A DNA stretch of 14,420 bases from Octopus sinensis (GCF_006345805.1 NW_021825753.1:1-14420); one strand, 5' to 3'. Shown: positions 1 to 8,390, numbered from the stretch's first letter. Notes: a model not told the origin generated them from the letters alone. Translations and numbers: made by a program.

Positions 1-696
1 CTATAGCCTTTTGAGTAGATTTGGTAGACGGAAACTGAAAGAAGCCCGTCGTATATTATATATATATTATATTTAAAAAAGGATGTTGGAACACGAGTTG
101 TGATATATAAAAAAAGGAAATGAAGAAAAGCTGACAAAATAATTTAAGTAAGGGAGAGTGTATTTAATTAGGTGAAAGTTCTTTTTACCGGTTGCGCATT
201 TGTTATGCTTATCAAAAGATATTTTTTAAAGATATAGAGTTCCTTTCTGATAGATTTTTTCTCTTATCTGACCTCAGATAAGAGAAAAAAATCTATCAGA
301 AAGGAATTCTATCTCTCTAAAAAATATCTTTTGATAAGCATAACAAATGCGCAACCGGTAAAGAACTTTCACCTAATTAAATACACTCTCTTACTTAAAT
401 TATTTTGTCAGCATTTTCTTCATTTCCTTTATATATATATATATATATATATTTATATGTGTGTGTATGTGTGATTGTGTGTCTGCGTTTTTGTCCCCCC
501 CAACATCGCTTGAAAACAGATGGTGGTGTGTTTAGGTCCCCGTAACTTAGCGATTCGGCAAAAGAGACCGATAGAATAAGTACTAGGCTTACAAAGAATA
601 AGTCCTGTGGTCGATTTGTTCGATTAAAGGCGGTACTCCAGCATGGCCGCAGTCAAATGACTGAAACAAGTAAAAGAGCAAAAGAGTAAAAGAGTA
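1..696 (+). mobile_element. tRNA-derived SINE family A, 5' end outside the window, interrupted in its internal (TA)n tract by a palindromic insert
   Basis: gatttggtagacggaaactgaaagaagcccgtcgtatat at 18-57 and the 3' half (caacatcgcttga...cgtaacttagcgattcggcaaaagagaccgatagaataagtactaggc...cagtcaaatgactgaaacaagtaaaagag) at about 490-696 match the full copies at 6231-6608 and 7336-7752. Confidence 0.9.
103..438. mobile_element. Near-perfect ~335-bp palindromic (fold-back) insert with a 2-nt loop; MITE-like or PLE inverted-end remnant
   Basis: Arms of about 160 bp (113-271 against 274-430) differ by about 3 substitutions and 4 small indels. The centre is tatctga-cc-tcagata, and the element sits in the TA tract of SINE A. 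Confidence 0.85.
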
Positions 697-884
697 TCTA
701 ATTTCTCATGAAAAATCTGGGGCCTAACTCTATGTATGCTAAAGTTCCAGAATATTCTTGTATATCTGCCAACGAAAGTTCCAAGGGAGTGTCTGTAACT
801 CGCTGTAAAACAAATATCGTAGTGTAGAAATAATATCTTTGTAAATCTCTCAGAGAGATTTATGCAGTAGCAGCACAATAAAGT

Positions 885-1389
885 GATGGTATGTTGCCGG
901 CTTAATGAGGCAGTCCCATGAAAGGGAAGAACGCTACTGTTATTTAGCCCTAGGAAACACCGTTTCCTGTTGAACTTGACGCATTTCTTGTGTCCTTATG
1001 TTTTCAAAGTGGAGACAAGCGCCTCCACCCCATAAAGCCAGCCACCAGAGACTAGTTTCAGACCCATTGCTCATCATCAGTCTGGAGTAGCATGGCTTGC
1101 TAGCTGTCGATGCCTATCCGCCTTTGAAAACACAAATATTTCAAGTGAAGTACATTCACTGATTTTTGAAAATAGAAATAATATATATACAGGCTTCGAC
1201 AGCTAGCAAGCCATGCTACTCCAGACTGGATGCTGGTTTTGCTGGGTGGAGTTGCTTGTCTCCGCTTTGAAAACATAAGGACACAGGAAATGTGTCAAGT
1301 CCAACAGGAAACGGTGTTTCCTAGGGCTAAATAACAGTAGCGTTCTTCCCTTTTATGGGACTGTCACATTAAGTTGACAACATGCTATC
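885..1389. mobile_element. Long inverted-repeat element carrying a hammerhead ribozyme in the left arm; putative Penelope-like (PLE) inverted pLTR remnant
   Basis: 885-1115 is the reverse complement of 1191-1389, with 14 mismatches in the outer 146 bp and 34/35 identity in the inner block, around a ~75-bp spacer. The PLE assignment is inferred from the ribozyme type. Confidence 0.75.
1035..1098 (-). ncRNA. Minimal type I hammerhead ribozyme (PLE-type, palindromic stem III)
   Basis: The minus strand reads AAGCCA-U-GCUA-CU-CCAGA CUGAUGA UGAGCAAUGGGUCU GAAA CUAG UC UCUGG-UGGC-UGGCUU. It has an intact CUGAUGA and GAAA core, a GUC cleavage triplet, a 5+4+6 bp stem I and a self-complementary ACUAGU stem III. 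Stem II is imperfect. Confidence 0.8.
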
Positions 1390-1438
1390 GTAGAGTATTT
1401 CCGTTAAAAAAAAGAGAAAAAAAAGTTATGTTTGGAAA

Positions 1439-1509
1439 CCCAAGGTACTGTGCAATGGAATCGAACCGTAATTACGTTGTTAGGAAGAGACCTTCTGGTC
1501 ATTTCCTGC
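1439..1509 (-). mobile_element. Diverged SINE A-type tRNA-like head fragment
   Basis: The reverse complement gcaggaaatg...ggttcgattccattgcacagtaccttggg contains a B box and resembles the head at 7336-7410. Confidence 0.6.
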
Positions 1510-1564
1510 TAAAGGCATGCCTATGTCTTGCGGTAGTTTCGATGGTATTGGTGAACAGCTTATT

Positions 1565-1693
1565 TTTTTCTACTCTAGGCACAAGGCCCGAAATTTTTGG
1601 GGAGGGGGTCAGTCGATTAGATCGACTCCAGTACACAACTGGTACTTAGTTTATCGACCCAGGCGTGCTAACGTTTCAGCCAGCGCGTCGCCT
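1565..1693 (-). mobile_element. SINE family B, internally deleted, flanked by a 17-bp target-site duplication
   Basis: ttggtgaacagcttatt occurs at 1548-1564 and 1694-1710. The head ggcgacgcgctggctgaaacgttagcacgcc is fused directly to gggtcgataaactaagtaccag, followed by the usual tail gcctagagtagaaaaaaa. Confidence 0.9.
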
Positions 1694-1772
1694 TTGGTGA
1701 ACAGCTTATTAATTCCAACAAGCAGACAACTTAGTTACAGATGGAGAATAATCCTTTGCTTTGACTATATAA

Positions 1773-1799
1773 AGATCAAAGGTCAAAGGTCAAAGTTTA
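1773..1799 (+). promoter_or_regulatory. Candidate overlapping TCF/LEF site and nuclear-receptor DR1 array
   Basis: AGATCAAAGG at 1773-1782, AGGTCA-A-AGGTCA at 1780-1792, and four half-sites in a 7-bp register. Motif match only. Confidence 0.25.
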
Positions 1800-1839
1800 G
1801 TCCAGCATTTGAAAAACTTGGTAATTGCGTTTATCATTT

Positions 1840-2002
1840 ATCGAGAAAATCGACCTCGGGACTTATTCTTTGTAAGCCTAATACTTATTCTATCGGATTC
1901 ATTCGCCGAACCGCTAAGTTACGGGGACGTAAACACACCAGTATCGGTTGTCAAGCGATGTTGGGGGGGGGGGGAAGCGCAGACACACAAACATATGCAC
2001 AT

Positions 2003-2042
<40 letters not shown>

Positions 2043-2095
2043 ACATATACGACTGACTTTTTTCAGTTTCCGTCTACCAAATCCACTCAAAAAGC
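1840..2095 (-). mobile_element. SINE family A, head missing, with internal (CA)n
   Basis: Reverse complement of gagtggatttggtagacggaaactga...(TG)n...caacatcgcttgacaaccgat...cgtaacttagcggttcggc...gaataagtcccgaggtcgat. Confidence 0.9.
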
Positions 2096-2476
2096 AAATT
2101 GCCCACTATTCCTTGTCTATATTAGCCACCTATTGTTTGAAGCTAACTAACTTCCTACACTCGGATCCCTATATTATATTCACCTACACACACACAAACA
2201 CAAACACACACACACACACGCGCGCGCGCTCACACACACACACACACATGTATATATACTTCTATGTACAGAATGAATTAAGCTAAATGCACTGGTCTAA
2301 GGTTAGGCCGTCCAGACTCAGGAGAACTGCATTCGATATACAAATAAATAAGCAAATAGATAAACAGGGAATGGAAGAAAAATAAAAATAAAAATCAATA
2401 AAGTAATACAAAAAAATGAATAACAAAAATAGAAAAATACATATGGATTCTGGCCATCTTCTTGTTACTAAAGCGT

Positions 2477-2960
2477 TATACACACACACATACACGCACA
2501 CACACATACACGCACACACACGCACAAACAAATTCGCGCGCAGACACACACACACACACACACAGAAATCCACACATACACACACAAATCCACGCACACT
2601 CACACACACACACACACATATTCACACGTACAGACACAAACACACATATTCACGCATACACGCATACACACAAATTCACGCGCGCACACACAAACCCACA
2701 CACACACACATTCGCACACACGCACAGACAAATTCGCGCGCAGACACACACACACACAAATCTACACACACATAAATCCGCACATACACAATTCACGCAC
2801 ACTCACACAGACACAAACATACATATTCACGCATACACGCATACACACACGCACACAAATTCACACACAGAAACGCAAATTCACAAACACACACATATTC
2901 ACAGACACACACACACACCACATACACACACACACAACACACACGTACATGCAGGCACAC
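2477..2960. repeat. Compound (CA)n-derived minisatellite with ~200-bp internal duplication
   Basis: Recurring sub-motifs acaaattcgcgcgcagacac (about 2527 and 2728) and acagacacaaaca(c/t)acatattcacgcatacacgcatac (about 2630 and 2809). Confidence 0.9.
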
Positions 2961-3260
2961 GCATACGTACACCTTACACTGTAACCACGTAACCGTTATA
3001 TGTAACAGTTTTTCTCGCTGCTACGCGTTTATAGTCGATATATTGGTTGTCAGCTGTGTGTTTGTGTGTTTAACACTGTAGACCACTACACACACACACA
3101 CACACAAACCCCCTCCACACACACACGCACGCACACATACATGTACACATGCACACACGCTCACACACATACACACATGCACGCGCATACATACACACAA
3201 AGCGGTTCACACGCATACACATTGTTACATATTAAAAATGCTATTACGAAACAAAACGAT

Positions 3261-3380
3261 GGCGGAGAGCTGACAGAATCGTTGGTGCGTCGAAGTAAAA
3301 CGCTTAGCGGTATTTCGACTCTCTGAGTTCGAATCCCACCGAAGTCGACTGTACTTTTTATCATTTCGGGGTCGATAAAA
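3261..3380 (+). mobile_element. SINE family B, diverged, 3'-truncated
   Basis: ggcggagagctgacagaatcgttgg...gagttcgaatccc (B box)...gtcgact...tttcggggtcgataaaa. Confidence 0.85.
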
Positions 3381-3381
3381 G

Positions 3382-3614
3382 GAATACCTGTTTCTTTATT
3401 ACCCACAAGGGGCTAAACACAGAAGGGACAAACAAGGACAGACAAACGAATTAAGTCGCTTACATCGACCCCAGTGCGTAACTGGTACTTATTTAATCGA
3501 CCCCGAAAGGATGAAAGGTAAAGTCGACCTCGGCGGAATTTGAACTCAGAACGTAACGGCAGACGAAATACGGCTACGCATTTCGCCCGGCGTTCTAACA
3601 TTTCTGCCAGCTCG
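3382..3614 (-). mobile_element. SINE family B, left monomer plus linker of the dimeric form
   Basis: Reverse complement of cgagctggcagaaatgttagaacgccgggcgaaatg...gagttcaaattccgccgaggtcgact...ccccttgtgggtaataaagaaacaggtattc. Confidence 0.9.
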
Positions 3615-3737
3615 ATTCGAAACTGGGTTCAATGTGCTCAACTTGCCACTTTCCCACCATCACAAAAGATAAAGAAAATAAAATTGCCGGCCTCGTGCCA
3701 AATTTAAAGTTTCAAAGCTATTATGATACAATATATA

Positions 3738-3953
3738 CGAGGGGGTTTAGAAAAGTCCCTGGTTTTGGGTAAAAGAAAATACAGAAGGATCAGTTAATTA
3801 GGATTTTATTCAACCTATTCCCCTCTCAGATTCACATACATATTCCACGGTCCTTCAGTTTTTCTAAGCCCTGTTAAAGAACCCAGAAGGTAGGGCCTCT
3901 AATCAGGCTTTTCGTGATACTATTAACGCCAGGAAATTTTCAGCACACTCTTG
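3738..3953 (-). mobile_element. Mariner (Tc1/mariner) non-autonomous deletion derivative / MITE
   Basis: TA flanks at 3736-3737 and 3954-3955, and imperfect TIRs cgagggggtttagaaaagtccctgg / ccaggaaattttcagcacactcttg. The minus strand retains a frameshifted transposase C-terminus (GLEKLKD.WNMYVNLRGE*VE*), compared with the mariner-type GI.KL..RW.KCV...GEY.E*. Confidence 0.85.
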
Positions 3954-3986
3954 TATATGTGTGTGTATGTGTGTGCGTGTGTGTGT

Positions 3987-4026
<40 letters not shown>

Positions 4027-4378
4027 TGTGTGAATTTGCGTGTGTGTATGTTTGTGCATGTGTGTGTGTGCATATGTGTGTGTGTGCGTGTGTATGTGTG
4101 TTTATGTGTGTCTGTGCGTGTGCATGTGTGTGTTTGTGTGTGTGTGTGTGTGCGTGTGCGTGCGTGTGTGTGTGTCTGTGCGTGTGCATGTGTGTGTTTG
4201 TGTGTGTGTGTGCGTGTGCGTGCGTGTGTGTGTGTTGAGGTGTGTGCATGTGTTTGTGTGTAAATTTGTGTGTGTGTATGTGTTTGTGTATGCGTGTGTA
4301 CATGTGTGTGTGCGTGTGTGTGAATATGTGTGTTTGTGTCTGTGCGTATGCGTGTGTGTTTGTGCGTGTGCGTCTGTA
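3954..4378. repeat. Compound (TG)n-derived minisatellite, an inverted relative of 2477-2960
   Basis: gtgaatatgtgtgtttgtgtctgt (4320-4343) is the exact reverse complement of 2630-2653, and tgtgaatttgcgt (about 4030) matches acgcaaattcaca (about 2873). Confidence 0.85.
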
Positions 4379-4621
4379 TATAGTGTTATCCTTTAATTAA
4401 AACTTTAATTGCACCCTAATTCTTCAATCACGATATCTTTCAAACGATATACCTGTGTGTGTGTGTGTGTGTGCATGCGCGAGTGTGTGTGTGTGTGTGT
4501 GCGTGCTCACGTCTCGTTTCTCATTTTGGTATTTACATTTACAGAGCGAAAAAGTGAAAAAAAGAACAAAACGAGTTATAACACATATTCTAATAAAAAG
4601 ATCATGCATGTAAGAGGAAAG

Positions 4622-4732
4622 AGATAGATAGATGAATGGATAGATAAAAAGATAGATAGATAGATTAGATAGATAAATGGATGGATAGATAGATAGATAG
4701 ATGGATGGGTGGATGATTGGATGGATGGATGC

Positions 4733-4794
<62 letters not shown>

Positions 4795-4890
4795 GAATGG
4801 ATCGATAGATAGATAGATATATGGACAGATAGATACATAAATTAATAGGTAGATGGATAAATAGATAGGATGAGAGAGAAAGAGATAGAT
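4622..4890. repeat. (GATA)n/(GGAT)n microsatellite
   Basis: Direct reading. Confidence 0.95.
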
Positions 4891-4892
4891 AA

Positions 4893-5047
4893 GGAGAGAG
4901 GAAAAGGAGAAGATAAATATAGATAGATAAATAGAGGGAAAGAAAGAGAGGGAGAGGGAAAGAAAGGGGTGAAAGTGATGGAGAGGAACGAAGAGGAGAA
5001 ACATATATACATACAAACACACACACACACATATATATACAGTGTAT
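4893..5047 (+). repeat. Left arm of a ~155-bp inverted repeat (partner 5775-5928)
   Basis: gaagataaatatagatagataaa...gaaagtgatggagaggaacgaagaggagaaacatatatacatacaaacac...cagtgtat. Confidence 0.85.
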
Positions 5048-5348
5048 GTGTGCGTGCGCGTTCAAGTGTGAGTGTGAGTGAGTGTGTGTGTGTTTGTGTG
5101 TGTGTGTTAAAGGAACGATTCAGTAGACAATGCTGATTGTGTTACAAACCGATGGAAAGAAAGAGTTAAAACATCTTCCATATGCGAGCAATTTAATAGT
5201 AAAACATTCTGAAAACAGCAGTTTCATTTAAACATGATACTTGTTTAAACAATATGTCTGATGCTATGGAGCAACTATCGTTTGAAGTCTCGCGTTACCA
5301 CGAGCATAACAGCGTTCAGTTATGTCAAGTTTATCTTATTGTTTTCCG

Positions 5349-5740
<392 letters not shown>

Positions 5741-5774
5741 GTATATAGATATATATATGTGTATATATGTGTAT

Positions 5775-5928
5775 ATACACTGTATATATGTGTATGTGTG
5801 TTTGTAGGTATATATGCTTCTCCTCTTCGTTCGTCTCCATCACTTTCGCCTCCTCTCTTTCGCTCTCCCTCTCTTTCTTTCTCTCTCTTTTTATCTATCT
5901 ATATTTATCTTCTGCTCTCCCTCTCTCC
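5775..5928 (-). repeat. Right arm of a ~155-bp inverted repeat (partner 4893-5047)
   Basis: atacactgtatatatg...cttctcctcttcgttcgtctccatcactttc...tttatctatctatatttatcttc...ctctctcc. Confidence 0.85.
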
Positions 5929-6230
5929 AATTTCTTTAAAAAAAAAAAAAGAAAACAAACATCTCGTTGGCGAGTGGTATGTTTTCACAAAAACTGAAGC
6001 AAACATTTGTTTTATGAATTATTCTGGACATCGATATGTATATCGTATTTATATATCTATGAACACAAACATAGATACGTAGACAAACGTAGCATTGGTG
6101 AAATAGCACAAATGGAAAGAGACGAATACCAGCCAGACAGACGGACAATGTGAGATATTACAACAGGTAGACAAAAGAGTGAAAAGGGAGGAACTAAAAT
6201 GCAGGCACACACATACATGCGTATACATGA

Positions 6231-6608
6231 CATGGCGGTGTGGTAACTAGATTGCTTACCAGCCACATGGTTCACGGTTCAGTCCCATTGCTAGGCAACT
6301 TGGGCAAGAGTCTTCTACTATAGCCTTGGGCCGACCAGACCCTTGTGAGTGAATTAGGTGGACGGAAACCGAAAGAAGCTCGTCGTATATATATATATAT
6401 ATATTATATATATATATGTGTGTGTCCACCATCGCTCGACAACCGACGTTGGTGGGCTTACGTCCCCGTAACCTAGCGGTTCGGCAAAAGAGGCGGTTAG
6501 ACCAAGTACAAAGAATAAATCCTGGGGTCGATTTGTTCGACTAAAGGCTGTGCTATAGCATGGGCGCAGTCAAATGACTGAAACAAGTAAAAGAATAAGA
6601 AAAAAAAA
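6231..6608 (+). mobile_element. SINE family A, near full length
   Basis: Head catggcggtgtggtaactag...ggttcagtccc (B box), body, internal (TA)n, 3' end cagtcaaatgactgaaacaagtaaaagaataag and an A-rich tail. Confidence 0.92.
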
Positions 6609-6625
6609 CATACATGCACGCATAC

Positions 6626-7020
6626 ATTCTTTTCTACTCTAGGCATAAGCCCGAAGCTTTGGGAGAAGGGCCCCCAGTCGATTAGATCGACCCTAGTAAG
6701 CAACTGGTCTTTATTTTATCGATCCCGAAAGGATGAATGCAAAGTCGACCTCGGTGGAATTTGAACTCAGAACGTAAAGACAGACGAAATACCTATTTCT
6801 TTATTACCCACAAGGGGCTAAACATAGAGGGGACAAACAAGGACAGACATAGGTATTAAGTCGATTACATCGACCCCAGTGCGGAACTGGTACTTAATTT
6901 ATCGACCCCGAAGGATGAAAGGCAAAGTCGACTTCGGCGGAATTTGAACTCGGAACGTAACGGCAGACAAAATACGTCTACGCATTTCGTCCGGCTCGCT
7001 AACGTTTCTGCCAGCTCGCC
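6626..7020 (-). mobile_element. SINE family B, full dimeric form
   Basis: On the minus strand: ggcgagctggcagaaacgttag head, B box, central domain, linker ending aaagaaatag, a second partial monomer from gtatttcgtc, and the tail gcctagagtagaaaagaat. From memory the central ggtcgactttgcctttcatcctttcggggtcgataaa resembles Meta/MESC-type SINE domains; this is unverified. Confidence 0.92.
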
Positions 7021-7335
7021 ACACATGAAGTAACAACGAACACTGTGTACAATGTATAGTACGCCGCAAAAAAAAGAAGAGAAAAATGAAAAGAAGTGGA
7101 GTAAAAACCAAATTAAAAGACACAAGAAAAGGAACGATACCTATTTTGAAGCACCTGAGTATCTTTCTGTTTCATGCTGTATCCATTTGCATAGGTATTT
7201 AGTACACTTAGTCACACATGCTACAATGTGCGATTATGTGAAAATGACCAAGGATAGCGTGTATTTACTTAATGATTTGGATCTATTCCATCTTAATCAC
7301 AGATGTTTTAATTAGATTTTTTTAAAACTAAAATA

Positions 7336-7752
7336 GGTGTAGGAGTGCTGTGTGGTAAGTAGCTTGCTTACCAACCACATAGTTCTGGGTTCAGTCCCAC
7401 TGCGTGGAAACTTGGGCAAGTGTCTTCTACTTTATCCTCGGGCCGACCAAAGCCTTGTTAGTGGATTTGGTAGACGGAAACTGAAAGAAGCCCGTCGTAT
7501 ATATGTACATACATATGTACATACATATATATGTGTGTATGTGTGTGTATATGTTTGTGTGTCTGTGTCTGTCTCCCAACATCACTTGACAACCGATGCT
7601 GGTGAGTTTATGTCTCCGTAACTTAGCGGTTCGACAAAAGAGACCAATAGAATAAGTACTAGGCTTACAAAGAATAAGTCCTGAGGTCGATTTGTTCGAC
7701 TAAAAGGCGGTGCTCCAGCATGGCCGCAGTCAAATGACTGAAACAAGTAAAG
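7336..7752 (+). mobile_element. SINE family A, full length
   Basis: ggtgtaggagtgctgtgtggtaagtagc (A-box region)...gggttcagtccc (B box)...internal TA/TG tract...aaatgactgaaacaagtaaag. Confidence 0.95.
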
Positions 7753-7898
7753 AAGAGAAGAAGAAGAAGAAGAAGAAGAAGAAGAAGAAGAAGAAGAAGA
7801 AGAAGAAGAAGAAGACGAAGAAGAAGAAGAAGAAGAAGAAGAAGAAGAAGAAGAAGAAGAAGAAGAAGAAGAAGAAGAAGAAGAAGAAGAAGAAGAAG
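7752..7898. repeat. (GAA)n tract of about 47 units with one GAC interruption, at the SINE tail
   Basis: Direct reading; gaagacgaag at 7811-7820. Confidence 0.95.
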
Positions 7899-8213
7899 AG
7901 AGGCAGCCTGAATGTGTGTGAGTGATACGTCACCCGCGGGAGACAAGACAGATAAGGGGCGTGTTCTGACGGCCACCAGATAGGAGCACTAAATGGGCGG
8001 AACGGTGTCACCACTGTAATTAGGGTAGAGAGAAAACTGAAACAAAACCCCATTAATCTACCAATGTCTTGTAACCTCAAGATTATCAGACGACGCGGCT
8101 GTTGATAGAAAGCAATATGGCCAAAGTACTATGGCGGAGCGAGGATAGACTGTGGTGTCGTTAATCTAACACTCCCTGATGCTGATAACTGCTTCGGGCT
8201 TGGTGCTGGTGAT

Positions 8214-8390
8214 GTTGCTGTTGTTTAGTTTTAAGGGCATCTTGATTCAGTAAGCCAATGTTCGAATGCATTTAGCCGTGACCACTCCATCTATTTATTA
8301 TTGGGACAATCTAGAACTACACTATAACCAGCGTGTTCTCTTTCTCTTTAAGACGGTCGGACGAGATACGAGGGACATTTGACTGCTTTT
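8214..8390 (-). mobile_element. Diverged interspersed repeat family C (probable retroposon 3' part with an (AAC)n-like tail)
   Basis: 8258-8336 matches the reverse complement of 9695-9769, gagggacatttgactgctttt matches 9660-9680, and the minus-strand end reads ctaaacaacagcaac. The family identity is inferred. Confidence 0.6.

Noticed and set aside
842-862. Short palindromes or hairpins at 842-862, 8945-8967, 9886-9901 and 14047-14062
   Set aside because: Stems of 8-9 bp in AT-rich DNA are near chance expectation, and intrinsic terminators are irrelevant in this eukaryotic context.
5125-5210. Possible minus-strand exon (ttttcag acceptor, ECFTIKLLAYGRCF), reminiscent of ion-channel S2 ExxLKxxAYG
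   Set aside because: The E-to-K spacing is off by one, there is no good donor, and the frame closes shortly after. It is likely chance.
7185-7192. Octamer ATTTGCAT
   Set aside because: A single 8-mer with no snRNA-promoter or other supporting context.
7336-7410. tRNA genes at SINE heads (also 6231, 8477, 12202 and others)
   Set aside because: A and B boxes are present, but no full cloverleaf or terminator, and each continues into a SINE body.
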